Positions 14,150 to 28,781 of a DNA stretch of 64,000 nucleotides are shown piece by piece. The notes beneath the pieces are model-generated. The model searched no databases and was not told the origin of the DNA. It was given only the letters and a program-made list of their open reading frames with translations. The DNA comes from Hemiscyllium ocellatum (Eukaryota). Location: assembly GCF_020745735.1 (NCBI RefSeq), contig NC_083402.1:68710004-68774003 (forward strand), given 5' to 3'. How positions within the stretch are numbered: the first letter of the stretch is position 1; each line of letters opens with the position of its first letter. Made by a program: the position numbers and the translations under genes.

Positions 14150-15166
14150 TGTGATCTCCAGCATCTGCAGACCTCATTTTTTACTCGAATAATTGTTGTG
14201 GACCTGCTTTATAAGTATTTGGCATAAATTCCTCAGGTTTATATTCTAAAATGCATTATGATATGAAAAGGCATTACCGGGAAGAGCACTTGAAGCAAGT
14301 TGAGTGTGCATGGAAAAGTATACTGGATAAATTCTCAAAGGGAAACATGTACAAGACAAGACAGAAAGAGTAGGGGTGTGAAAGAGCAGGAGAAGAGTCG
14401 TGTTCTGCACCGTAATATTGTGTCACATAATTCCTACATGATGATTCACAAACATCTCAAGCAAATGTATACAAGTCTATTTAAGTAATTCTAATAGCAA
14501 AGTTAACAATTTAAGAGATATCTCAGAAGGGACGGACAAACCTAGCCTGAAAACCATGTTGCGATCTTACTGAACAGTCAAGAGACTTCGAGAAAATAAG
14601 CAACATGAATCACCTTTCCCGATGAAGTATTTTTTTTATTCAAGTTGCAGCCTTCCACGCTTGGCAACTTGTAAACTGAAAGAAACATTAGAACGCGCTC
14701 CCATACATAAGCAGTTCCCTGCTGTCATCTCCATCGCCCCACCCAACATGAAACCTCCGATACTCCGCACGCCTGTTAAACGAGCGGCAAGCTGTCAGTT
14801 GAAGACCCTGTCCCTACACTCGGAGTGGCGGAGGGGATGTTGCCCCCACTCCCTGGTTTACCCGCCTCCCCATGCCCCCGGACACGGCTGGCGGGTCAGG
14901 CCGAGTTTACAGTCCCCTCTGCAGAGGCCTGCCCGATTCTGGATCAGTGGCGCTGAAAGAGCACAGCAGTTCAGGCAGTATCCGAGGAGCAGTAATATCG
15001 ACGTTTCAGGCAAAAGCCCTTCCTCCTGATTTTCCTGTTGTGTTTTTCCAGCATCACTGATCCAGAATGTGGTCTCCAGCTTCTAGTCATTGTTTTTACC
15101 TGGAGGCCTGCCCGAGCCCGTCTCGCTCCCCCTCCCCCCCACGACCCGATTCGGAGCCCGCCCTTA

Positions 15167-15440
<274 letters not shown>

Positions 15441-16334
15441 ACCAAGTAAAGACAAGCCCTTACACTCTGCAACGGTTTGCATCCAGTTAGTTAAGTACGA
15501 ATTGTTACAAAGTTCCAAAATACCATCACGTTTCTCCATGTCAAGGCTTCGTTACGTAGTTTAAAAGGAGCAATCGTGATTGAAACAAACCTCAACAGTT
15601 TGGTTAAAAATGTATGACAATGCCTTCCTTTCCCCTTCCTAATTCCCGCTTTTTGAACAGATTTTGGAACCGATAAGCTGTTCTACAATAACTTCAACCA
15701 AGGTTGCGTTAAGACAATAGCGAAATTAACACAGGTCATTTCAAGCTCGTGTCATTCTGGCTTCAAAACCATTCCACATGTTTTAGTTATAATCCCTACA
15801 CTGAAAGCCTCATATTGAGGCAATCTTTTTCATAACTTCTTAGGTGGTATGGGCACGGAATGCACTGCCTAGTATGTGTGGATGCGACTTAATTGAGACA
15901 ATCAACATAGTATTTGGTCGTTATTCAATTAGAAACGACGTGCAGTGTGAACGGTCAGGTGAATGGCGCCAAGTCATCATGCTCAAAGAGCTGGTGAAGA
16001 CACGAAGGGCTAAACGGTCTCATCCTATACAGTTCTGTGTTTCACAGTCTTGGAAAAATTGGATAGGTCACAATAATAAGTCAGCCATTTGGCTCATTGA
16101 GCCAGATTTGCCATCACGATGACTTTGATTATGCCATAACATCACTTTGCTGTTTGCGTCCTATAATACCCCCAATTCATTGTCAATTAAGCTGGATCCT
16201 TTTGCCAGTTTGGTTCATTCAATCAATGAGTAGTTAAAAAATACTCAAGAAAAGTACTACAATAAACATTAATTGCAATAATTACATTCGTGTACAGTGT
16301 CAGGAAGCTAAAGCAACATTCCCATTAATGACTT

Positions 16335-17325
16335 AGAATCATAGAGACGTACAGCATGGAAACAGACCCTTCGGTCCAACTCGTCCATGCTGACCAGATA
16401 TCCGAACCCAATCTAGTCCCACCTGCCAGCACCTGGCCTATATCCGTCCAAACCCTTCCTATTCATATACCCATCCAAATGCCTCTTAAATGTTACAATT
16501 ATACCATCCTCCACCTCTTCCTCTGGCGGCTCATTCCATACACATACCACCCTCCGTGTGAAAAAGTTGGCCCATAGGTCTCTTTTATATTTTTTCCCTC
16601 TCATCCTAAACCTATGCCCTCGAGTTCTGGACTCCCCAACTTTGTCTATTTATCCTATCTATCCCCCTCATAATTTTGTAAACCTCTATAAGGTCACCAC
16701 CCAGCCTCCGACGCTCCAAGGAAAACAACCCCAAGCCTGTTCAGCCTCTCCCTATAGCTCAAATCCTCCAATCCTGGCAACATCCTTGTTAATCTTTCTG
16801 AAACCTTTCAAGTTTCACAACATCTTTCCGATAGGAAGGAGACCAGAATTGCATACAATATTCCAAAAGTGGCCTAACCAATGTCCTGTACAACCGCAAC
16901 ATGACCTCCCAACTCATGTATTCAATACTCTGACTAATAAAGGAAAACATACCAAACTCCTTCTTCACTATCCTATCTACCTGCGACTCCACTTTGAAGG
17001 AGCTATGAACCTGCACTCCAAGGTCTCTTTGTTCAGCAACACTCCCTAGGACCTTACCATTAAGTGTATAAGTCCTGCTAAGATTTGCTTTCCCAAAATG
17101 CAGCACCTGGCATTTATCTGAATTAAACTCCATCTACCTCTTCTCAGCCCATTGGCCCATCTGGTCAAGATCCTGTTGTAATCTTAGGTAACCCTCTTCG
17201 CTGTCCACTACACCTCCAATTTTGGTGTCATCTGCAAATTTACTAACTGTACTTCTTATGCTCACATCCAAATCATTTATGTAAATGACAAAAAGCAGAG
17301 GACCCAGTGCCGATCTTTGTGGCAT
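16335..17325 (-). mobile_element. CR1 LINE 3' fragment
   Basis: ORFs 17134-17325 (LGPLLFVIYINDLD...KFADDTK), 16789-17133 and 16413-16604 are successive CR1 RT segments. Confidence 0.92.
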
Positions 17326-18964
17326 TTGTTTTATTATTTATCTCCAACCAATTGGATTCTACATTTTGATCCTCCAAACTGTTATTTTTCACTATGGTAA
17401 TGATAATGTTCTTTAGAAACAATTATTCCATCTCCTGTTACTTTTTATTTTTCTGAACTGCCAAATACCCTTGAATATTTAGTTCTCACCTCTGCTCAAT
17501 TTCATATCATACTCATTTATTTATATAATCTATTTTTCTAATCAACCTGGTCAGAGATGTTTTTACACATCTCTTGAACAAATGCAACTTGGACCCAGGT
17601 CTCAGTCCAGGGGTAAGGACACCACTATTGCACCATAAGAGCCCCCCCTCATTAATTTATATTGGTGCAATTAATTTATCCATTATAACTTAAATAAAGA
17701 ACCTTTATTGTACTATGTTTTATCAATTTTCACTACTGACTTTGTTGCTCATAAATTGTTTATGCACTCTATCCCTTTCCACTTCATTACCTGCATTGCT
17801 AATCTGCACGACTGAGTCATCTTCTCTCAAATTGTCCAAATCTCTGTGCATGAACTCTTCCCTCCGCCCACTATTTAATTTAAAGCTTGCCCTCCAGCCA
17901 TGGTTATACAATCTGTCAGGCAGTACACCAGTCCCAGCGTGCTTCAGGTAAACACTGTACCAACTGTTCTCTTCCTCCAGTCCCTGATGCTGTGTTTCAT
18001 CAATTGAAATACCATTTCACCCTAGCAATCTGCATCATCCATTTAAATCTGATTCTATTTACCCTGTGACAATTTGCATTATGTTCGGATATTAATCCAG
18101 ATATTATTAAATTTAAAGCATGAATACAAAGGTAATCTCCCAGGTTTCACATTTCTTCAGCAGAAACCGTTTTTGGTCTTAGTTGTTGGAATGCATGTGG
18201 ACTATGACAAATGTGTTCATCCCTCTCCAAATTCCACTCCAACCTTGAGCAAAAATTCATAATTCATATCCTGGAATTTGGCAGGCAACATAATCTTTAG
18301 AACCATACTTGCAGCTACAGTAAACAGTACTTATTCCCATTTCTATAATGTCATGTACAACTACATTACTTTATACTCCACCCTATTTTACATGAATGGC
18401 TCCTTGCACCAATGTTTTGTGGCAGTTTGCCCATCCACCCTGCAGTCTCAAACTCTTGTCTACAAAAGTTACAGGAAATCAAATCTAATGGACAACTGCA
18501 AAGGCTAAAGTTCCTATGTTGCTAGATCTCGATTCCCATACCTGTCTTCCTCACCTCCCTGAATGTACAGCAACCAAGAGGTGTGAATACCTTCCCAAAT
18601 TTTGCAAAGCTCAAAGTTCAGCTCATCAACTTCGAGCTGAAGTTCCTTAAGGTGAAGCCACGTAGTATAAATTTGGCTGACAGTGTGAATTGCACTACTT
18701 TCTACCAGTTCCCACATTACAGCTGGAACACATTAACTACTCTTATGTATAATTTACCTAACTAAGTTGAGTTTAGAAACACTAAATTTTTGTCCATAGT
18801 TATACCAAGTAGTTTAACTAGTTTAGCCATACATTTAATGTAACACAATACTGCTTTTAACTATTGCCCATGTTTTAGAGGAATAACATTTTAGCAGTTC
18901 AATCACTTACTTATTCCATTAAAGCTTTGAAAACTCATCAGCTTGAGGCCGAAGTAGAAAAAAG

Positions 18965-19990
18965 ATCAAATGGGGAGCTGGTCAATAAGATAAAAAATTG
19001 GCTTTAAGGGAGGAGACAAAGAGTGATGGTCGAGGGTTGCTTTTCAGACAGCAGGCCTGTGACCAGCAGTATGCCACAAGGATTAGTACTGGGTGCATGG
19101 CTTTTTGACATTTATTTAAATGACTTGGATGTGAATGTAGGAGGTATGATTACTAAGTTTGCAGATGACACAAAAGAAATAGGTGGTGTAGTGGACAGCG
19201 AAGGTGATTACCTCAGAGTACATCGGGACCTTGGGCTGAGGAATAGCAGATAGAATTTAAATTAGATAAATGTGAGGTGTTGCATTTTGTTAAGGCAAAC
19301 CAGGGCAGGATGTATACAATTAATGATATGGCCCAGGGGAGTGGTGCCCAAAAGAGACTTTGTGGTGCAGGTGCATAGTTTTTTGAAAGTGGACTTGCAA
19401 GTAGACAGGATGGTAAAGGAAGCATTTAGCGCACTTGCTGTCATTGATCAGAACTTTATGAGTGTAGGAGTTGGGATACCATACTGCGGCAATACAAGAC
19501 ATTGATGAGGCCACTTTTGGAATACCGCATACGACACTGTCACTCTTATATAGGAAGGATGTTGTTAAACTTAAGAGAGTTCAGAAAAGATTTACAAGCA
19601 TATTGGGACTGGAGGGTTTGAGTTATAGGAAGAGGCTGAATAGGCTGGGGCCATTTTCCCGTGGAGCATTGGAGGCTGAGGGGAGACCTCAGGTTTATAA
19701 AATCATGAGGGGCATGGATAGAGTGATTAGTCAAGACCTTTCTCTCCAGAGAATGAGTGTCCAAAACTACAGTCATAGGTTTAAGGTGAGAGGGGAAAGA
19801 TTTAAAAAGGATCTAAGGGGCAACTTTTTTATGCAGAAGGTGGTGCACGTATGGAATAAGCTGCCAGAAAAGTGGCAGAGATTAGTACAATTACAACATT
19901 TAAAAGGTATCTGGATAGGTATATGAATAGGTAGGGTTTAGAGGGTTATGGACCAAATGCTGGCAAATGGTACTAGATCAGTTTGGGATT
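18965..19990 (+). mobile_element. CR1 LINE 3' fragment (degraded)
   Basis: ORF 19023-19253 contains PQGLVLG...KFADDTK; ORF 19471-19926 is the CR1 C-terminus. Confidence 0.9.
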
Positions 19991-20291
19991 CCTCTACTCC
20001 ATGTGTAAATCCCCTCTTTTGGTCGCTACTCAGTCCTCGTTCTCTTTTAACTACACTTTTACTGTTTATGTGCCTAAGATGACTTTAGCATTTCCTTTTG
20101 TTAGCTGCTAGTTTTTTCTTATAGGTCTTCTTTTCTTTGCTCATTTTTCCTCACTACACCAACACCCCCCCCCCCAAAACTTTCAGTATTACCGTTGGTT
20201 CTCAAGATTTGAACACTTCTGTTGAATCTCTATCATCCTCCTCTTCTGGGGAAAACAAACCCAACTTCCCCTATGTTTCCATATAACGCAA

Positions 20292-20786
20292 GTTGAAAGG
20301 GCTCAGAAAAGATTTACAAGGATGTTGCCAGGGTTGGAAGATTTGAGCTATAGGGAGAGGCTGAACAGGCTGGGGCTGTTTTCCCTGGAGCATCAGAGGC
20401 TGAGGGGTGACCTTATAGAGGTTTACAAAATTATGAGGGGCATGGATAGGGTAAATAGGCAAAGTCTTTTCCCTGGGGTCAGGGAGTACAGAACTAGAGG
20501 GCATAGGTTTAGGGTGAGAGGGGAAAGATATAAAAGAGACCTACGGGGCAACTTTTTCACACAGAATGTAGTACGGGTATGGAATGAGCTGCCAGAGGAA
20601 GTGGTGGAGGCTGGTACAATTGCAACAATGAAGAGGCATTTGGATGGGTACATGAATAGGAAGGGTTTGGAGGGATATGGGCCAGGTGCAGCAGGTGGGT
20701 CTAGATTGGGTTGGGATATCTGGTCGGCATGGACAGGTTGGACTGAAGGGTCTGTTTCCATACTGTACATCACTATGACTCTATAA
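20292..20786 (+). mobile_element. CR1 LINE 3' fragment (young)
   Basis: ORF 20322-20786 (LSYRERLNRLGLFSLE...RGDLIEVYKIM...NFFTQNVVRVWNELP). Confidence 0.92.
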
Positions 20787-22059
20787 GTTCCTAGATTGAG
20801 ACAATTCTTGTGAACGTTTTGTATATCCTGTCAAAAGCCTTCATGTCCTTCCTAAGATTTAGTTACCAGAATTGGATACAATAGTTCAGTTGAGGCTACA
20901 CCAGTGTTTTATGTTATATCCCAATTTAGAAGACCCGGGATTTTTTTTTTAAATTATTTTCGCTCTGCCCTGCCACTTCAATGATTGGTGCATATATAAA
21001 CCCAGGTCTCTTTATTCCTGTGGCACCCATTTTTACAACTGTACCCTTTTCCTTTATTCACTCCAAATATGCATCACTTTCTGGGTTCTCTGCCAAGATT
21101 CTGCCCAATTCATCAGCCTGTCCATGTCCTCTTGCATCTTATCCCTATCCTCCTCTCAATTTACAAGATGAAAATATTGCCATCTAAAAATGCTGAAATT
21201 GTGCCCTGTACTCCCAGCTTTTAAGACATTATTATAGTTCAAGGAGCAACTAGAGGAACAATGTTGTAGAACTGAAGTAAGTTAGAGATAGAAATTGCAA
21301 TGCTGCAAAGAGGTTCAAAAGTAGATTAAAATTTAAAATTGGATCAATAGCTACCACAGCTCAAGACTAGGACTACCAGATGAATATCTATATTGCAGCT
21401 TTATTACCCCATATCTCTGCCAAGCCCCTTAGAATATCAACTCTTCTCTCATATCAATTGGTCATTTAAAATATGTACACTTGTAGAATTTACATTTACT
21501 TTTAGTTCTAACCTGTGTCATAATGTCTTCCTCAGGATATTTTTGTGTTTGAGTGATGTGATGTTATTCTTTACCAGCACATACACTTGTTTCCCTTTGT
21601 ATCGATTCTAAAATTATAATAATCTGGAATATTAAATTGTCACTGCTGTCTAAACCCAAGAAATTCAGTCTGAAGAAGGGTCACAGAACTCAAAATGTTA
21701 ACTGTTTTCTCTCCACAGATGCTTCCACACCTGCTGGATTTCTCCTATTTCGTTTTTAGCAGTCCAAATCCTAGCTTTAACTATCATGCTGGTCCAGTTA
21801 TTAATACTTCTCACTCTCCAATTCTACTTTGATAGCTTTGTGCATTCACATTTTCACCATCTCCATTTTTTTCTGATCGTTAACATTTATTTCTCTTCCT
21901 AGTTTTCAGAAGTATATTTTTACCATTTTACAACTTGAACTAACTCATCAACTACTTACTTCATTTCCTTTAAAAGCCTTGCACAATTTATTTAATTATA
22001 CAGGCAATATATACTTCTAATGGTCATTACAATTCTTCAAAACTCATGGAATAATACTG

Positions 22060-22090
22060 TTATATCCCTTGCCTCCAAGATGGAATAGCT
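22060..22090 (-). CDS. CCDC112: CCDC112 coding exon 10 (AIPSWRQGI*)
   Basis: tttttcAG acceptor, TAA stop at 22062-22060. Matches recalled human AIPTWRQGI. Minus-strand AATAAA at 21992-21987 and 21891-21886. Confidence 0.92.
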
Positions 22091-22210
22091 CTGAAAAACA
22101 ATACAGCAAATAAAATGGTTACATATGGAAACAAAGCATAGCAAATGTTCAAGTTTGTTTTATTTGTTTCATATTAAGAGATTTTTTTTTCTCATGATAT
22201 AATCACTTAC

Positions 22211-22329
22211 CGATGGGGAAGAAACAGCATAGGGGCACCACCATTTTGGCCTGTCTCTTTTATGTGTTGCTCCCACCCTTTGGTAGGTTTCAATAGTCTA
22301 GATGGATCTCTTTGTATATGAGCATCATT
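22211..22329 (-). CDS. CCDC112: CCDC112 coding exon 9 (NDAHIQRDPSRLLKPTKGWEQHIKETGQNGGAPMLFLPHR)
   Basis: AG/GTAAGT boundaries, 119 nt, conserved RDPSRL.KPTKGWE motif. Confidence 0.95.
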
Positions 22330-24379
22330 CTAAGTAAATTTAGAACATAACAAGAGTTTAATTTGTTAAACCTCTTTCCAAGGGCAACAGGCAATTAATT
22401 CAGAAGCAGTTACCTTTCCCTCTCCAAAAGATGGTATTTGATATTAAGCTATGGCTGTATAGATACTTAACTTGGAAGTAACTTATCTAAATGGCTCTGC
22501 ATGTAAATGAAACTGGGTAGTAGTAAAACTAAGCTTGTCATCATGCTGTCAATCCTCGGTAGTAATTGAAAACAAAAACAATCTAATTTTACCTCTCCTG
22601 AACATCAATTCACTCAGGACCAGTGGTTGAACCTGGGGCCATCCTTAGCCTGTATGGTACAACATCACATTAATACTCATTGAGTCAAAGGCTCAATAAT
22701 ACTTTTTTTTTGCAGAATTATATTAAAAAAGCTAGTTGAATGGGCATTTTATCTACAAAACAAAGAATGGATGCCATCGGTTATATACATTTCCCCAATC
22801 CAAATTCAAGAAGTAGTAGTTTCCTACTGCACTATTTAGGGGGACTTTCAGTGAGTTATATGATATCAGGATGAAGTAGGTAAATTTCAGAATTTTGTTC
22901 ATTTGGGAAAATAGAGGCACTCACCTTCATTTTGTTCACCAGCTCAAATTTAACTTCAAGCTAACTCTCTCAGTGTAATTATGGCTACCATTTCCATAAG
23001 GTTGCCATAGTCCCAGAGGACAATTGGGCAGCTCTCTCACACTAGAACAACAAATGGTGGCGGTTTAACCTGAGGATCACCACGCTTCGGGCAGGGGAGA
23101 AGCTGAGAAGGAGAGTCCTTCATGGTAACCTCAGCTGGTGTAGGAATTGAACCCATACTGTTGGCATCACTCTACATTGCAAACCAGCCATCCAGCCAAT
23201 TGAGCAAATTGACACTATCTCCCTTCTGTAACATATGGCAGCATTTAAGAAATGCAAACAGCCATTAAGATCAAATCCTGCTAATTTAAATTTTCAAATA
23301 ACTTCTGAAGACTTTTTCTATTAACTTAGTGAACGTGACTTCTGATCAGGATGCTAATTATAAACCCAACATCAAAACGAGCATTAACAGCACATCCTTA
23401 TGCCTTTGAACTGAATAGCTTAAAAGAGGGCAGTTAAAATTCTGTGCTTCTGGATTCATATGTATAGCAAACCAGGTGAGGATGGCAGGTTTAATTCACA
23501 AAGGGCATTAGAGGAGCTTTTATAATAATTGATAATAGTTTCATAGACATCATAACTGAGGTTAGCTTTATAGACCAGATTTAGTAATTAAATTTAAACT
23601 TCATCAGCAAACATGGTCAAATTTGAACTGCTGTTGCCAAACAATTCGTCTCAACCTCTGGTTTACAAGCCCAGCGACATTACCGCTATGTCACTACCTC
23701 AAAAATTACAATTTATATGAGATTTACCAATATTCCCTGCTGAGTACACATAAATTGCACAATGTTCTCATAGTACTGTTTACCATATCATTTAAAAAGA
23801 ACCCCTGGGACTGACAACAGATGCAGGGGAAATTCCACTTTCCTTGATCCAGTTGCTGAACATGTCAGATGCTGAAGCAAATAAAGCACGAGGATTAATA
23901 AAATATTAGAACCTCCATAGCTATAACATCTGCCATAAATTAGAGGAAGATAAATCTGAAGGAAGATATGAAACCTGAATTACAGAAATTATGAAGGCAT
24001 GAAGCACAAATTAACTCAGATGGATTGGGAAAATAGATTAAGAGACAGGACTGTACATAGGCAATTAACAGTCTTTAAATAAATATTACATGGCTTTCAG
24101 CCTCTGTACAATCCTTTAAAGAGCAAAACCTCAAAAAGGTCAGTTAACCACAAAAACAAAGGAAGTTTAGGATTACATAAGATTAAATGAAGAGGCCAAT
24201 AACGTTGCCAGAAATAGCAGTAAAACAAAGCATTGGGAACTTTTTGAGTATGTGAAAGGAGGACCAAGAAACTGACAAAGGACAATGAAAACAGAACATG
24301 AATACAATCTAACAAAAGTAAAACTGGACTGTAAAGCCTCTATAGTTACATTAAAAGAAACATTTGGATAAAACAAAAC

Positions 24380-25300
24380 TTGGGTCCATTATAAGTAAAT
24401 TCAGAAGAATTTATAATGGGGACTAGAGAAACGGCAGAGAAACTTAATGCTAACTTCACATTTGTTTTCACCACCATATTATTATCCCTGCCTTCTAAGT
24501 GTTCCCTCATTTTAAGATCTTTTATAAAGTCTGGCACTAAGTCCAGAATAGCCTGCTCCCTTGTGGGCTCCATCACAAGCTGTTCCAAAAATCCATCCTG
24601 TAAGCATTCCATTAATTCCCTTTCTTTGGATCCACCAGCAGTATTACTCACCCAGCAATTTGCATATTGAAGTCCACATGATCAATGTGACCTTGCCTTT
24701 CTGACGTGCCCTACCTATTTCCTGGTACATCTTGCACGCCCTGGTCCTGACCACTGCTGGGGAGTCTGTACATAACTCCCATTATGTTTTCTTTTGCCTT
24801 TGTGATTCCACAACTCCACCCACACAGACTTCACATCATCTGACCCTATGTCATTCAGTGCCACAAATTTAATTTCATTCTTAACGAACAAGGCAACCGG
24901 CCCCTCTGCCCACCTCCTTGTCTTTTCGATAAGTTGTAAATCCTTGGATGGTTAACTGCCAGTCCTGAAACCCGTGCAACCATGCCTCTGTGATGCCTAC
25001 CACATCATAATCATTCATGATGATTTGTGCCATTAATTCATCTACTTTGTTACGAATACTACGAGCATTCTGGTAGAGCGCCTTAATGCTAATTTTCTTA
25101 TCCTCATGATTTCCATCATCTCTAGTAATATGTCCTAAGTTATCCTTCCTTTTTGCTTCATTTCTATTTTGTCTTGAGCTTAAACTCTGCAGAATTGTTA
25201 ACCTGCTACTTATATTGCTACTTGATTCCATACTCGCTGTTGCTTTCCCTTTTTCTCCTCCCGACTCACAAGTTTAAAGCCCTAGTGACCACCCTACTTA
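24380..25300 (-). mobile_element. CR1 LINE fragment (ORF2 endonuclease region)
   Basis: LYQNARSIRNKVDEL...YDVVGITEAWL and FLEQLVMEPTREQAILDLV are APE-endonuclease motifs of CR1 ORF2. Confidence 0.88.
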
Positions 25301-25799
25301 TTCTTTTCACCATTGTTTTCCAATGCTATGGAAGGACAGAGGTAATCAAACTTGGAAATATTATCCACAAAAACAGAGACATTACCATGCTGAAACTCTG
25401 TGCAGATTCACTACTACATGGTTAATGTACAAGATGGCTCAAATCTGGGCAAGTACTTTTACAGTGATAATTCCCTGTCTTAAAATGCATATCTTCAAAA
25501 CTAAAAACTGTTGAATTTGAACATTCAAAAACTAGATCAGACTTTTAAGAACCAGTAGAGTTGGTTCTTTACTGGAAGAACCAAAACAGCAGATGTCTAT
25601 GAGAATGCTTTTGATTACTAGCTACAAATATACCAGAGTACAGATATTTTAACTTATTCACCAGCTTATAAACAAGTAGTAATCTGAACCACCTGAAGCA
25701 CTGTCCGTTAGGAAGTTCACATGAACAAATGGAGTTAATCAAACTGTCTCCCAATCAGCCAGTTGTTTTTACTCATACTAAACACAGTATTTGCCAAAC

Positions 25800-25895
25800 C
25801 TTCTCTTTCAGTTTGGCTAATCGCTTCTCTTGCTCATCCTTCTTCTCTTGCTTTATTCGTTTTTCTGCTAATTTGCTTTCCAACTTTTGAAAATC
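25800..25895 (-). CDS. CCDC112: CCDC112 coding exon 8 (DFQKLESKLAEKRIKQEKKDEQEKRLAKLKEK)
   Basis: cAG/GT boundaries, 96 nt, phase 0-0, conserved RLAKLKEK. Confidence 0.93.
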
Positions 25896-26209
25896 CTGCA
25901 TGGTATAAAAAAGATCTTCATTAACTGCCATATGATTACCTTTATTTCAAAGCAAAATTCTAGCTTCCATTTTCTATTTCTTTCATGTAGAAATTGCAAG
26001 TGGAAGCACTGTGTACTTGAATACATGGCTATAAAGCATAAAAAGGCAACATACTTTAGGATTACACTGTCAAACTTCTTTAAAATGCAAATTTTTTTCT
26101 GTGTTTAATAAAAATTAAGTTTTTTTTCATATGACTATTGAAATGAACTATACAAAAATTTCATCTCATTTAGCAATTTCATTTACAAGTTACTTTACAC
26201 AAGACCCAC

Positions 26210-26626
26210 CCGGTCTTGAAATCTGGAGATTTCTTTTGCCACAAGCCACTGCCTTTCCTCTCGCTCAGCTTCCTCTCTCATTTGTGCTTCCAGTTGTAGA
26301 AATTCTTCTTTTTCCTTCTTTTGTTCAGTAAAATCTTTGAGCATTCTTTTGATTTCAAGCCGCCTCTGACTGTCCTTCCTTTGTCTTTTCATTTTCTCTG
26401 CTTCCTCTTTCATTTGTTGTTCTTTCTCAAGAGCAAGTTCCAGTTCTTTCTGTTTCTTCCACAATTGCAGCTGAGCTTCTCGCTCTTTTCTCTCTTTCTC
26501 AAGCCTAAGCCGTCTTGCCTTTTCTTTTGCTAGGCGCTCTGCATTTGTCTTCTCTTCCGCTTCTGTTTGCATCTTCAGTAACTTCATTTTCTCATTTTGC
26601 TTCTTTGTTTTCCATTTCTGAATAGC
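26210..26626 (-). CDS. CCDC112: CCDC112 coding exon 7 (AIQKWKTKKQ...KEISRFQDR), charged coiled coil
   Basis: 417 nt, phase 0-0, AG/GT boundaries; overlaps ORF 26195-26587. Confidence 0.95.
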
Positions 26627-27105
26627 CTACAAGGTAAATTCATCAGAGATTCATTTTAACTGTTATGACATTATCTATTTCAGAGGGTACAGATTCAAAC
26701 TTTGAAAGTTAGGGGCTAATACTATGATCTCAAATAATTTAATTTCAAATGCTAGGATTTACACAAAAGCATTACTGACTCTCTGATGTTGAGTTTCTGC
26801 AGAAACAATTTATCACCATGTTTCTTCATGTAAAATTGAGAGTGTGGACCTAAAGAATATTCTCATTTATTGAAGCTCTACTTGCTGTTTAGGATGTGAT
26901 CATAATCTTATTCTTTGTATTTACTTAAAAAAACAAAAGGCTACTGATGAGAAGATATAATTACTTGTACAGAAACGCAGGACATATTAAATTTTACCAG
27001 GAAGAATAATGGAGAATGTCAGGGAAACAAAAACCTCAGGCTCCTAAACTACATTCTACTCTGTACTTCAAAATATTCTAACCAAATATTTCTACAAATT
27101 CCTAC

Positions 27106-27490
27106 CTCCTTCTGCCTCTCTTCTAGAAAGAGAAACTCTTGGTACCATTGCACATGTTGCATTACATCCTCACGGGTCCTCCCTACCAAATGCTGCAGAG
27201 CTTCTTCAATAAATGATGCTTTTCCTTTATGTCTTGTCCAGACTTTAAGAAATTCCTGATGATCAAAATCATCCCAACCACCTTGGCGTCCAGTCTGCTG
27301 AAGGTACTTATCAAGTTCTGTAATTTCAACTAACACATTGTCTGGACCAGAGTTAGTTGATATTCCTTTTGCTACAGCGGATCTGGGTATCACGGCTTCT
27401 AGTGGAATCTGGGCCCACACTTCCATTTTTTTTTCAACAGCTGAAATTTCCTGAGTCGTAGTTTTTTCTTCCTTCAGAAGTTCTTCATAC
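27106..27490 (-). CDS. CCDC112: CCDC112 coding exon 6 (YEELLKEEKTT...QQTGRQGGWDDFDHQEFLKVW...FLEERQKE)
   Basis: 385 nt, AG/GT boundaries, conserved GWDD.DHQ.F.KV motif. Confidence 0.96.
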
Positions 27491-28705
27491 CTTAATTAAA
27501 AATGAATAAAAGCATATTTAATTATATTTTCAAAGGTGCTCTCTGATCACAAATCTAACGTTGCAGGTCAAAAAAAGATACATACAATTAAAGACCTTTT
27601 GAATCAAACCAAAACAGTTGTTTTTGTATGGTTTGCACACCCTCACCCTGAATCCATTCCTGATTGGTAAATCTGACCTTCTTCTAGACAAAGTCCAACT
27701 ACAGGAATTCAAATGTTCTGGTGCATCATGTCATAGTACAATACTAGTAATGCCAGGTCATGTACCTTAAAATGAAAGAAACCAGATTTTGTGATGTCCC
27801 ACTATGTGCTGTGAAATTCACTCCTGAACAAAGGCTACAAGGAAACTGAATGGGAGGAGGGAATAATAGCGTCTTTTTTTCTATTTTTTCATAAAATATA
27901 AAGAATAGATTGACATGCTGTTATTTCTTTGCAAACTGAAATTTATTGAACTTGGAATATATTTATGCTTATATTTTAACAGATAGTTTAAAGCACAACA
28001 AGCACCATTTATTAACATTGGACCCATTAATATTTGGGCAAGTGAAAGGTGGCGGATACAAATGCAAATTTCTTTAGCAGGTTTTCTGTCCCAGCAGCGA
28101 GTGAAGGTATTAAAATAGTGGTGAGTTGGAGCATGTGGGAGGGATTCAAATTTCCTCCAAGGTAACATCTTACAAGACTCAGTAACAGAAAATGACGACT
28201 ACAGTGGACAGGGTTCCTTTATCATCTCAAACTGCTCCCAGCTTTACATTGCAAATTACTAATATTTTAATCGTAACTTTGTAACTTGTTCTCTTGAACC
28301 AACCTAAAGTTATAAATTTATAAATGTGCTGTTGGTGTTTTGCCATAGTTCAGTGAAGATAAACAATGACAATAAAGGGTTCAGATAGCTAATTCCTGCT
28401 ATAGCCACTCTTCCTTAAACTCTGAAATCCTCGTAAGTGATAAAATAGCACCAGAGCTCAATGCAGACACCCAAATTCATTTTTACACTTAAGTTTTTTC
28501 TGCATAGATATTAAAAATAAGTTCACAGATCATGATTAAAAAATTTGCAGTCAGTTCAAGTCTGAAATCTCAGATTCAAAGATTCAGTTTTAATTTTCAT
28601 TGCTTCTGAATTTTACTTTGCTTTTTCTGCATTAACAAATACAGCAACTCAGTCGAAGGTCTGAATTGTTATGGTGCTGAGAAATTTAGATATACAAGAA
28701 CTTAC

Positions 28706-28781
28706 ATCTGCCTTTGTTCTTCTTTAAAGATACTGATTGCGTTTTCAACTTCTTCCATGATTTCCTTCAACTTTTCTATAA
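28706..28781 (-). CDS. CCDC112: CCDC112 coding exon 5 (FIEKLKEIMEEVENAISIFKEEQRQ)
   Basis: 76 nt, cAG/GTAAG boundaries, phase consistent with both neighbours. Confidence 0.94.

Noticed and set aside
13799-14192. Two opposite-strand ORFs with the same peptide
   Set aside because: Artefact of the perfect palindrome; no coding evidence.
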